NCBI GenBank assembly: GCA_963665665.1
Contig: OY762428.1
Span: 1,568,001-1,632,000, forward strand
From: Candidatus Kapaibacterium sp.
GTDB taxonomy: Bacteria; Bacteroidota; Ignavibacteria; Kapaibacteriales; UBA2268
Reading direction: 5' to 3'
Length of the DNA stretch: 64,000 nt
The notes beneath the pieces are model-generated. The model was not told the origin of the DNA. It worked only from the letters and a program-made list of their open reading frames with translations, and did no database searches. Position 1 is the stretch's first letter. Each line of letters opens with the position of its first letter. Made by a program: the position numbers and the translations under genes. This document shows, one piece after another, positions 39,241-49,500 of the stretch.

Positions 39241-40002
39241 TTAATTTTTTATCAAATTGATTCTTTTTCTTATCATTCCGGATTTCTTTAACACTATAAT
39301 ATAAAATCCTTTATCAAGATTATTAATATTCAGATAAGAACTTTCTAATTCAACCAGGTCAGTATCAATTTTTCTGCCATTCAGGTCGAAAATATATAAA
39401 TCAACATCACTTATTTCATTTTCAAAAAATATCATATCATCCGCAATTACGGAAATATTCTCATCTATTACGTTCTTTCTATCAACGATACCTGTAGGTA
39501 CTTTATTATATTCTATTGAGATTTTAAATTTGTCGAGAAATTCATTCCCTACTTTAACCATTTTATTTTCTATCATATCAACTGTAAGAATACTACCGTC
39601 AATAGCGTCGCTTATTGTAGCATTTTTTACATAAGCCGGATCGAGATCCCATGATATTGTTATAGTATCAGCTCCGAATACAACACCAAGATAATAATCT
39701 ACTTTATATGTATCGTCATCAGGCAAAGAATCAACAGGAGCCCTAAAATCCTTATATGACAAAACGGTCGGGCTAATATAAAAAGCGCCCTGAAGCTGAC
39801 TTGGGGCAAAATTTGGAAATTCGAACTCGCCGTATACTGTATCTATTCCATCGGTAGCATCTGGCATTATTCCAAAGATACATTGCTCGAAATGATCATT
39901 ATTATTATTATCCAGAATTATCTTATTTGTTATTTCCTGGGATAAACCGAGCGACTGGCTAAGAACTATAAGCGCCGATATTGCAATTAATAATCTTTTC
40001 AT
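39241..40002 (-). CDS. Secreted protein with ATDG-type Ig-like module and T9SS-type C-terminal domain
   Basis: Signal peptide; IFG..DATDGID; YIFDLNGRKI...GFYII...LIKN. Confidence 0.75.
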   Translation of the reverse strand: MKRLLIAISALIVLSQSLGLSQEITNKIILDNNNNDHFEQCIFGIMPDATDGIDTVYGEFEFPNFAPSQLQGAFYISPTVLSYKDFRAPVDSLPDDDTYKVDYYLGVVFGADTITISWDLDPAYVKNATISDAIDGSILTVDMIENKMVKVGNEFLDKFKISIEYNKVPTGIVDRKNVIDENISVIADDMIFFENEISDVDLYIFDLNGRKIDTDLVELESSYLNINNLDKGFYIIVLKKSGMIRKRINLIKN

Positions 40003-40065
40003 CTTCTGCTCCTTTTTAACATAAATAAATATAAGAAATTTTCCGGGAGTGGCGCTACTTTTAAT

Positions 40066-40097
40066 AAAAAACGGGCAACCACTAAGGTTGCCCGTTT
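40066..40097 (-). terminator. Intrinsic terminator after the 1047-aa gene
   Basis: aaacgggcaacc/ggttgcccgttt; the U-tract follows on the minus strand. Confidence 0.85.
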
Positions 40098-40116
40098 AAA
40101 AATAAATCTTTTCAGA

Positions 40117-43100
40117 TTATTTTACAACATTGATTGTACGAACAGTTGCTTTACCATTAATGATCATCTTGGCAATGTACTGCCCTGATGTTAATGAAGC
40201 GGCATCGATCTGTACGTCTGTATATGTTCCTGCATTCCTGCTTGCATTATCGAGTAATTTTGCTACCTGGTTACCAAGTGCATCATAAAGAACGATAGTT
40301 ACATTTGCATTTTCGGGAACAGTATATTTAACAGTTGATTCTGAGCTAACCGGATTTGGATAGTTTACAAGAGCTGATTCAAGAGCATCTACTGTTTCGA
40401 TTTTAACAGAATTTGTTTTTGAGCTCGGTATAACTACAGTTCCGTTGCTGCCTTTTTCAATTGTACCATATATCTGGCCTGTTACAGGATCTGAGAATGT
40501 ATATTTTGCATCAGCATTGTGTACTGCAAATGATGCAGGATATTCAACTGCCTGAAGAAGAACTACTGATGAATTCTCTGTTGATAATTTACTGTTATTA
40601 TCAAACCTTACATCAAATAGATCTGCTGGAGGAAGAGGAGGAAGTACAAAACTGTTTGCATCAACATTCTGGTTTGAAAGATATAGAGAAGCTTCATTCT
40701 GTGAATTATCACGAAGAACAATAGCGTCTGACATTGCCATTACATCGTCTCTGTTTGATGCATAGATCTGTGATCCTGTTTTGATATTACTCATATCAAG
40801 GTTCAACCATGCACCTGCATCTACATACAGCCAGTAACCAAGTCCTGGTTCAAGTTCAGATACTTCTACATAACCACGGTTAGTTTTGTATCCATACACA
40901 CCAAGTTTCATTGATTCTGAAAGTGTTGGCCTGTTGTTATTATCAAATGCATCAAGGTCGATGTGATCAATATTAATCGGGATAGAAAGTGCACCAATTG
41001 TGTTCCATCCTTTGTAAAGCCTTACAGGATCGCCTGTAGCTTTAGAAATCTTAGAAATAAACACACCCTGGAAAGTAGTGTCAACTCTGTCTTCTGAATA
41101 TTTAACGAAGTAACCAACACCAGGCATTAATTCTTCTTCCTGCTGATAGATACTAAGTGTAAATTTAATCGGTACGTTCATTGCATTTGGATAGAATACA
41201 TTCCAGAATGAATTAGTAGGCCTTACTGGTAATGACAGAAGGTTCCAACCAGGATTAATTCTTGGTGTACCATCAGCATTTACGTAACGGATTACTTTTG
41301 GAAGTGTGTATTCAATCATAAATTCACTGTATTTAGGATCAGTGATAACATAAGACAGGCGGCCATTTGGCAGTGGAGTAGCTGAACGCATATTAACATT
41401 GAATTCCTCGCCGTTGCGTGCATCTCTCAGGAAGAGCTGTGCACCATCCGGGAAGTTCTTTGTATCCCATTCAATTGTGATAGGATAATTTTCAGCACCA
41501 CCAGCATTGAATTTCACCCAGTATGTAATTGACTGAAGTGTATCAAATGCACTTCTGATATCTCTTGAACCATATACAAGGTTGCCATTTTCGTCGCGAA
41601 CTGCAGTTCTTGGAAGCTCATCGTTAGGAGCCCAATCACCAAATCCGAAAGGTACCTGTGGCTGAATATCTGTATCTACAGGATAGAAACGTGCGCCGAA
41701 TCCCTGAAGATCATATTCATAAGCAAATTCACCAAATAGTTGATCAACACCGTCAGTAGCTCTGTGGCCTGTACCAAAGATAAGTTTACAAGAATCGCCT
41801 ACAGCACCGCGTGAGTTTCTTACTGTTAATTCGATACCTGGTTTTGAAGTAGTATTAAACCATTCTACAGGATTTCTGAAATATATAAATGTAACTTTAA
41901 TCCTTACGGGACTGTCAAGTGCATAGTCAGATCTGAAAGTGATGTAACCAGTATAAACACCGGCTTTTTCATCATCAGCCTGGATTTCATTAGGATCGCA
42001 CTGTACTTCTAAGTAAAGATCGCCTTCAGCTGTTGTAGGATCGCCATAAGGATCTCTTTCTTCACCAAGAATTGTATTGTCTAACCAGTCAATCCAACCG
42101 GATCTTGTTGGTGATGCAAAGTCAGCAGGATATTTATCAGCTGTGGAAAGCCTTCTTGCCTGAAGTTTCAACCATTTCTGATCTGTTTCTACTTCGATAT
42201 CAAGCAGCCTTGTTCTTTCAACGCCATTCATAACTCTAAGAAGCCTTGTTCCGAACAGAGGATCGAAAGAAGCGGAATCTATTGTAATCGGGTCAACGAT
42301 TTCCCATAGATTTTCTTCATCCTCAACTTTTTTGATAGCGGGAATTGAGCCAATACCTCTTTCAATTGAGAAATTGAATTCCGGAATAGCAGGTGTAATG
42401 CTCATATAAATTGAGCCTTCTTTTGTAGGTTCAATTTCACCGGCTGCATAGTCAAGGTTATTAATACCTGCAAGTCCTGTTATTTCAGTAGGTTCGTACT
42501 GTTCTGTGCCCGGAATACCTAATTTATAAAGATGTGCAAAAGGATTATCTTCTCTTACGTTAATATCATTATATTTTATTGTATCTGGTGCAAAGTGAAT
42601 TGATGGTTTTGCTACAGAACCCTGGCCGGGGTTATCTATAGACTGCATCACTTTGAAGCGTACATAAAGAAGTATCTGCCAGTCTTTTCTTCCAAGGTCA
42701 GTATTAGGAAGCGGACGTGTTGTGGAAGTACCTGTTATACGCATTGCACGGCCTCTCATCCTGTCCTGGAGAGCAGTTTCGTCAGAAAGATAAACCCTGT
42801 AACGGGAAGTATCTTTGAAGTCGTGCCAGGAAATATTAAAATGTTTTGAAAGTGGTTCCTGATCCATTTCTTCGTCCCTTGGTCCGAACTTCTGAACACC
42901 TACCGGCCTGATTGCCGATGAGTCATAAAGAAGTGTGAACTGGAAACTATAGATCGGGTCCGGAACAAATCTGTCATCGTCATATTTTGCCCACCTGTTT
43001 TCAATCCAAACAGGAACAAGAAATTCCCTGGGATGTTCGTATTTTTCTGATGTGGGAATCCAGATACGTCCGTCAGGATACCATTCTTCGTTATATCCGT

Positions 43101-43248
43101 CATCAGTACCTGTAAGAGTAAGATTGGGCACCGCAGGCTTATCAAAAGCAGCGAATGCATCCTGGCCTGTTGAAAATAAAAGGCCGATTACAAGCGCCAA
43201 GCCCATTAAGACTTTCATGCCCTGGTATTGTGATAAGAATCTCTTCAT
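40117..43248 (-). CDS. Secreted T9SS protein with N-terminal cohesin-like domain, ATDG/PPxPP modules and GWN repeats
   Basis: GGAGG upstream of MKRFLSQ; FLVPVWI..IYSFQFTLLYD..LLYVRFKV; GWNLLSLP, GWNTIG; NYPNP...YDALG...GQY...INVVK. Confidence 0.8.
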   Translation of the reverse strand: MKRFLSQYQGMKVLMGLALVIGLLFSTGQDAFAAFDKPAVPNLTLTGTDDGYNEEWYPDGRIWIPTSEKYEHPREFLVPVWIENRWAKYDDDRFVPDPIYSFQFTLLYDSSAIRPVGVQKFGPRDEEMDQEPLSKHFNISWHDFKDTSRYRVYLSDETALQDRMRGRAMRITGTSTTRPLPNTDLGRKDWQILLYVRFKVMQSIDNPGQGSVAKPSIHFAPDTIKYNDINVREDNPFAHLYKLGIPGTEQYEPTEITGLAGINNLDYAAGEIEPTKEGSIYMSITPAIPEFNFSIERGIGSIPAIKKVEDEENLWEIVDPITIDSASFDPLFGTRLLRVMNGVERTRLLDIEVETDQKWLKLQARRLSTADKYPADFASPTRSGWIDWLDNTILGEERDPYGDPTTAEGDLYLEVQCDPNEIQADDEKAGVYTGYITFRSDYALDSPVRIKVTFIYFRNPVEWFNTTSKPGIELTVRNSRGAVGDSCKLIFGTGHRATDGVDQLFGEFAYEYDLQGFGARFYPVDTDIQPQVPFGFGDWAPNDELPRTAVRDENGNLVYGSRDIRSAFDTLQSITYWVKFNAGGAENYPITIEWDTKNFPDGAQLFLRDARNGEEFNVNMRSATPLPNGRLSYVITDPKYSEFMIEYTLPKVIRYVNADGTPRINPGWNLLSLPVRPTNSFWNVFYPNAMNVPIKFTLSIYQQEEELMPGVGYFVKYSEDRVDTTFQGVFISKISKATGDPVRLYKGWNTIGALSIPINIDHIDLDAFDNNNRPTLSESMKLGVYGYKTNRGYVEVSELEPGLGYWLYVDAGAWLNLDMSNIKTGSQIYASNRDDVMAMSDAIVLRDNSQNEASLYLSNQNVDANSFVLPPLPPADLFDVRFDNNSKLSTENSSVVLLQAVEYPASFAVHNADAKYTFSDPVTGQIYGTIEKGSNGTVVIPSSKTNSVKIETVDALESALVNYPNPVSSESTVKYTVPENANVTIVLYDALGNQVAKLLDNASRNAGTYTDVQIDAASLTSGQYIAKMIINGKATVRTINVVK

Positions 43249-43282
43249 GAGAACCTCCAAAAATTAAAAAAAATATCAGTTA

Positions 43283-44491
43283 TTATTCTTTTATTAAAAC
43301 AATTCTTTTTTTCTCGTTATTTTCTGTTACAACAATTCCGAAGTATATTCCCGGTAATAATTCTGCAACATCAATTTCTATTCGGTTTTCAAATATATTG
43401 TCAATTTCTTTAATCTTATAACCCATCAAATCGTAAAAAGACGCAAATTTTATAAGATTTTTTTCATTTTTTATAATAAAACTATTTTTACCTGCACTGT
43501 ACCATGATTTAGTATCGCTTTTATTACTAATTTCAATTATATCATTACCTGTGGTATCTTTTTTTATTGATCTTAAATAAAGGTTTTCAGATGAATATCT
43601 CGTAACGCAAGAACAAAAACCTGTATTTATTGAATCAATTGTAATACCAGATAATAAACTGTCATTACTTTTTCTTTTAATATCAAATTCTAATATTGTC
43701 TGATCGCTGAAATCATTATTCTTTTGAAATCTGATCTTTTTTCCATCATCAATATCTTCAACAGACAAATTTGATATTAAATCATCTACAGTTTCAGTTT
43801 TTAAAATTTCAAAGTACGTTTTATCATAAACCAGGTTAAATTCTATCAAGTCGAGTCTTGCAATGTTTTCATCATATTGCATGTACAATTCGAACTTTTG
43901 AATCGAATCATTCCTGAAGAACAAAGAATCTGAGCTGAAACCGGCAGTTATTGCCCTGGTTTCTTTATCAACTTCCAATCCTTCGATTATCAATGTATCC
44001 TGTTTCTCTACTTCTATTTTGAATTCCTCGGTGAACTCAATATCCTCGAGATATAATCTTGTTGTATCCGGGCAATCCCCGAGAAATCTTCCGTACAAAA
44101 CAACCAAAGGTTTATTTCCGCTCGAAGGCGGAAATGAGAAATTGAAGGTTGTGGCATAGCCCTGTACTCTTCCTTCTTCAGAAATAAATGATACTTCCCT
44201 GGTTTCAAAGAACTCTGATAATGTATTTGTGTAGAGTGCTGTTATCCATTGTATTTTTTCCGGATTATAGTTTAAATAATACTGGAAACCATACAAGCTG
44301 TCGAATCTTTGCACTTCTCCGATACTCAGTGAAACATAAAACTCTTTTTTATCTGCCGAGCCGCAAACATCAATAATTTTTTGTTGTGTCAGTTCAGCTC
44401 TTACCGTTTCCTGAGATAATCCGGTCAGGCTGCTGCAAGCAAAGAGCAGCAGCCATATCCAGATTTTATATTTCAATGAACAGCTCATCAA
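43283..44491 (-). CDS. Secreted T9SS protein with two cohesin-like domains
   Basis: FYVSLSI..LYGFQYYLNYNPEKI..PLVVLYGR; FELYM..IEFNLVYDKTYF..ILEFDIK; YDLMG..PGIYF..LIK. Confidence 0.7.
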   Translation of the reverse strand: MMSCSLKYKIWIWLLLFACSSLTGLSQETVRAELTQQKIIDVCGSADKKEFYVSLSIGEVQRFDSLYGFQYYLNYNPEKIQWITALYTNTLSEFFETREVSFISEEGRVQGYATTFNFSFPPSSGNKPLVVLYGRFLGDCPDTTRLYLEDIEFTEEFKIEVEKQDTLIIEGLEVDKETRAITAGFSSDSLFFRNDSIQKFELYMQYDENIARLDLIEFNLVYDKTYFEILKTETVDDLISNLSVEDIDDGKKIRFQKNNDFSDQTILEFDIKRKSNDSLLSGITIDSINTGFCSCVTRYSSENLYLRSIKKDTTGNDIIEISNKSDTKSWYSAGKNSFIIKNEKNLIKFASFYDLMGYKIKEIDNIFENRIEIDVAELLPGIYFGIVVTENNEKKRIVLIKE

Positions 44492-46450
44492 TTACTTGTT
44501 GAGGATCATTTTCTTTGTAGCAGTGAAATCATCGCCTGTTAACCTGTAAACATATACACCGTTTGCAACAGCATTACCACTGTTGTCTACGCCATTCCAT
44601 GAGAATTTGTGTGTATCTGTAGAAAGGTTTCCGTTAACGAGAGTTTTTACAACATTACCAAACATGTCATAAATTTCAAGTTTGTAGCTTCCTGCATCTT
44701 TAATTGTTACAAAGATATCTGTGCTTGCTGTGAATGGGTTAGGATAGTTTTTGAAATTAAGACCAAAATCATTATCCTGTCCTTCAACATTTGTAAGAAG
44801 CGCAGAGAAACCATCGATATTGTTATCGTTGAATCTTGCATTTGTAACTTCTATCTGAGCATTTTCAGATTTTACTGTAACAAATAATACGGGTGTTGAT
44901 GTTTCAAATTCGCCTGTACCTGCAAATACTACAGTATTGCCTTCATGTGTTGTCTGAACATTACCGTTAACAGATACTATGTCAGCATTAAGGTCGAATT
45001 TACCTGCAAGCATACCATCAAGATAACCATTCAGGTTAACTGTCAGCATGTATTCGTTATCGCCAAGACCTTTAACTTCAGAAATATCGAAAGCAGTTGC
45101 TTCTTTTTCGTTGTTTGAGATCTTACCATATTGTTTTATCCAGTCATATATCCAGGGCAATTCAGGAACGCGGCCTGAAATATAATGCAGAATCCATGCT
45201 GCATCATATTCTGTTGCCTGGAAATAAACGCGGTTAATACTATTGATACCAACAGGAAGGTTATCTGCTACATTCATATCACGCCAGGGAATATCTTTCC
45301 TGATAATGAGTGTAGCTTCATATTCTTCACCCTCATCGTCGATGAGAGTAGTATCCACATAAGCATAGTAATAACGACCATTATGGTTAACGTCTGCGTG
45401 ATAAGCTTCTCTTCTGCGAACACTATCCAAAGGAATATTTGTAACAACGTGACGCATGATAATACGTGCATCGTTAACTGTTACAAAGCGGTTCTGAGGC
45501 ATACCATAATGTCTGTTACCATAAGCTTTAGAGAAATCAGCATCACCGTCGCCCCACCATTCGTCAATATTCAGACGTGTAAGTGCGCGGAAGAAGATTC
45601 TCTTGTCTGTACCGCCGGAAGGTGGCCAGAGGTTAGTTAGTGTAGTTTCAGTTCTTGCATACATCGGGTCGTAATCTTCATCATCCGGACCCATGAAATA
45701 AAGGCCGTTCAGGAAGTCGCCGCCAGTACCGTTAATACCTACTGAAGCATCTTTAGTAATAATTGTATTACCAGCATCCGGGTCGGGATTGCCACCAACA
45801 GGGCCATAACAGAATTCAATATTACCCTGATTTGAGAATTGGTCAGTAGATTTATAAATAACAACCTGGAAGTTTGCTACCGAAGATTTTACATGAACCA
45901 TATTACCTTCATCATCTTCCTGTTCGAAGTTAATGTTAAGGTCTTTCCATTGAACCACGAAGAAATCACCACCGTCGTAAGTAGAAATTTCTGACTCCAT
46001 AAATCCATCAAATACATCAGTTGCATTTCTGTAGTAGTGGTCTCCCCAGAATGGAGCAATTACATTACTCGGGAAAGAAGTTGCATTCTGGAAAAGAGCA
46101 GTAGGATCGTCAGGAGCTACGAAAGGAGGTGTAGTTCCCTGCCTTGTGAATGCAATGAAACCATTAATGTTTACCCATACCTGGTTGTAAACTTCACTAT
46201 TATATTCGAACTGGAACGGAAGAGGAATTGCCTGGTGATAATATCCGTTCCTGCGGTCTTCCCTGAAACTGGGCGGAAGCCCGAAGTCCTCAGAAGGCAG
46301 TACATCAGGATATTCGAGGAATTGGAAAGGAGCATTTTCCCTTACAATTACCGTATCGAATTCGCTGTATACCTGCGCTTCAGCTTGCTGTGACAGGAAT
46401 GTTACTCCTAAGATCACAATCCCTACAGCAAAGATTAAGAAACGTTTCAT
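44492..46450 (-). CDS. Secreted T9SS protein with NIDO-like domain and dockerin-like domain
   Basis: IPLPFQF..VNINGFIAF..IAPFWGD..FQVVIY; GDAD..VTVNDARIIMRH / ADVNHNG..ATEYDAAWILHY; NYPNPF..WNG.D..G..VANGVYVYRL. Confidence 0.78.
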   Translation of the reverse strand: MKRFLIFAVGIVILGVTFLSQQAEAQVYSEFDTVIVRENAPFQFLEYPDVLPSEDFGLPPSFREDRRNGYYHQAIPLPFQFEYNSEVYNQVWVNINGFIAFTRQGTTPPFVAPDDPTALFQNATSFPSNVIAPFWGDHYYRNATDVFDGFMESEISTYDGGDFFVVQWKDLNINFEQEDDEGNMVHVKSSVANFQVVIYKSTDQFSNQGNIEFCYGPVGGNPDPDAGNTIITKDASVGINGTGGDFLNGLYFMGPDDEDYDPMYARTETTLTNLWPPSGGTDKRIFFRALTRLNIDEWWGDGDADFSKAYGNRHYGMPQNRFVTVNDARIIMRHVVTNIPLDSVRRREAYHADVNHNGRYYYAYVDTTLIDDEGEEYEATLIIRKDIPWRDMNVADNLPVGINSINRVYFQATEYDAAWILHYISGRVPELPWIYDWIKQYGKISNNEKEATAFDISEVKGLGDNEYMLTVNLNGYLDGMLAGKFDLNADIVSVNGNVQTTHEGNTVVFAGTGEFETSTPVLFVTVKSENAQIEVTNARFNDNNIDGFSALLTNVEGQDNDFGLNFKNYPNPFTASTDIFVTIKDAGSYKLEIYDMFGNVVKTLVNGNLSTDTHKFSWNGVDNSGNAVANGVYVYRLTGDDFTATKKMILNK

Positions 46451-46498
46451 TTGTGAACTCCAATTATATTTAAAAATATTTATTTCCGATTTATAATT

Positions 46499-46520
46499 GG
46501 CAGGCCATTGAAGGCCTGCC
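46499..46520 (-). other. Intra-operon stem-loop after the giant gene
   Basis: ggcaggcc-6nt-ggcctgcc; no U-tract on the coding (minus) strand. Confidence 0.6.
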
Positions 46521-46537
46521 TATTTTTATCAGATATT

Positions 46538-49500
46538 TTACTTCACAATTACCAGAGGCATTGTTGAAGTAGTACCATTTGCTGTAAGTCTTACTACATA
46601 AGAACCGCTTGAGAGAGCTTTGCCATCAAGGTCGTTTGCTTTCCAAACAATGTTATGTGTTCCAGCTTCGTAATATGAGTCTGCAAGTGTTGCAACTTTA
46701 TTACCGAGAGCATCGAATACATCAAGAGCAATTTTGCCAGATCTTGGAATCTGGAATCCAACAGTTACATCGCCAGTGTTGCTGTACGGGTTCGGTGATA
46801 CCGAATTAACTTTGGCAACAGTTGGTAATCCAACCTGAGTTTCTACCGGTGTTGTCCAGTCATAGATAATCAGGAAGGCATCGATTTCATTCTGTTTGAT
46901 GCTCAATACTGTGTATTCACCATCTTCAGTAAGTTCAATATAAGAGGCGATATTAGGATCGTTATAGTTTGGATCTCTCATATCTACTCTGAATATATTA
47001 CCGTTTGACTGTGCATCTTTAAGATACCATGAACCACCAGAAGGATTAACCTCGTTATTGTCCATCGGAGGAATCTGAGATTTTTTCCATTTCAGTGTTA
47101 CAGGATATGCAGGTGATGTCTGACCATTTTCTCCACCAGCCTGGAATGATGCTCTGTATACATAAGTACCTTCCTGGCCAGGAGCCTGTGGGAATACGCT
47201 TATAAGTGTACCATTCCTTGTAGGAATTGTCCAGCGAGCGTCAAATACGTCAAGCGGAGGAAGTGGAGGAAGATCATACTCGCAATAGTTTGAATCAAGC
47301 ATACCAAGCGGGTTGCCATCATCAGCATCGCCAGTTGAAGCGTTACGTGCTGCAGTACCCCATGTCAATGTTTCCATTGCACCAAGGTGGTTTTCGATAA
47401 TAATATCGCAAAGGAAGTCTGCTTCTTCCATAAGTTTCAGCCTGAACGGAAGCTCTTTTTCAGCTCCGTCTTTGTCTGTTACTTTTATTATAATAGTTAC
47501 TTTACCGTCAGCATCTCTCGAAAGTGCTGATGGATCTGTAATTGTTACAGATACTTTTACAGTGTCAAGATCAAGCGGACCATTGATAGTTGTCGGATCG
47601 AGTGTTACTCCTGCTGAAGGTTCTACTACTGTAAGTGTAAGAACTTCATTTTCACCATCAACTCTGCGGAGAAGATCAAGATCGCTTACAAGCAATGTAT
47701 CGTTATAAACTCTGTCGTCAGCATTGAATTTTGCACTTTCAATACATTTAACGATAGGAGCCTGGTCAATATCAGGATCGTGGTTTGTTTTCAGTACTCT
47801 GAGAGGAATCTGCTTAACATAAGTCAAGTCATCTTCGTCTCGTACAAGTACAGTTACCAGTTCGTCCTGAGGAGCTACTTCGTTATCTGCCTTAAGCATC
47901 GGTTTTCCATAAAGAAGACCGCTTTCTTTATTTATCTTAAGCCAGTCAGGAGTTGTTTTCATATTTGAAACATCCCAAACGCCAGCTTCCGGGAAGCACG
48001 GATCTTTCTGAATTTCATCCTGCGGATAATCTTCATAGATCAATTCATATTCGTGCCATTGGCCGAAGTTAGGATCGTAAACTGAGATAGCTCTTGTTGT
48101 ATCATCAAGGCCAGGATTATAATCAATATCTTCCTCTGCGTCAGGAAGTGACTGAGTTATAATTTCAGGCTGAATATTGATAAATACAGGCATATCCATG
48201 TAGTTCACTCCACCATGACCGTCATTTACAACAACTGTAAATACTGTATCAGTGTTGAGTTTGTTATTAACCTGTTTTGAAGGAGTAAGAAGCTCAATTG
48301 CTTCATCTCTGTCAATACGAATGTCAAGTTTACCCCAAGTCTGGAACTGAGCGCCAAATGTATCTGATGCAGGATCGGTTACACCATCACCATATTCATG
48401 CAGATATTCATTAGCCATCCAAACAGGCCTTGTCTGAGTGATAGTTGTATCGTTTTCACGACCATCACCATCATTATCATAAATTGTGCTGTCGATAACA
48501 ACATCATCTTCGCCAGCGCGAACTGCAATGTTCATAAAGCCATAAGCTGTACGTCCGTAGCGGAAGTCCCAGCCACTTGCCCATGAATCTTCAAGCTCAT
48601 CATCTGTATTAAAGTCAACTTTAAAGCGAAGTTTATCTGTAAGGTTTGCCATTAATGTACCATCTTCGTCTGAACGACGGCAAGGATAAAGTGAAGGCAT
48701 ATATGTACCAACAACTTCTCTTGTTCCTGCCATATCAACTCTTCTTGTTACTTCTTCTTCTGATTCATCAGGACCAATGAAGCGAGGAGTTGAATCTACA
48801 ACAATAATACGGAATGCATAGTCGCCAGTATGGTAACCGTTCTGGCCAACATAGTCAATTGTATCCTGCTGCAGATAGCGTGCTTCCATATCCTGATATG
48901 CAGGAGCTGAAAGATAAGGCCTGAAGAGCTCGATAAATTTAGCAATATATTCATCGCTTGGCCTTAAGCTGTCCGGAAGAGCTTTAAGAGAATCAAGAGT
49001 TCTGTAATAAGGAGGATAGCTCATACCTTTAACGTTAATCCACTCGCCGCCAGGTACTACGAACGGGTTCATAGGCTGACCACGGAACAAGATGTAACCG
49101 TCTGCATCATCTCTTGGAAGCTGATATGAGTTTTCCCAATCTGTATTGTTTTCAGATGCTACTGTATCAACGAGAATCCAGTGTTCAAGTGCTGTATTCG
49201 GGTTGTACTGTCCGTGTCTCGGATCTGTAGGATCGTATGTCGGATGCCATTCATAAGTAAGGAATGAATACAATTCAGGATACATCTGTGATCTTGGATC
49301 ATAGTACTGATTTGTATCCATAGCTGTAATTGTAAGAATAGAATCACGTCCTGCAGCATCATCACCAATATTAGGATCATCAGGATCGCTGTAGAAACCT
49401 TCTTCAACAGGATAATACCTGTTTTCAGTAAGGAATATTGTATTAAGTAATGAAGTCATTACAAGTGTATCAAGCTGTTTGCCCGGAACTTCCGATGGAA

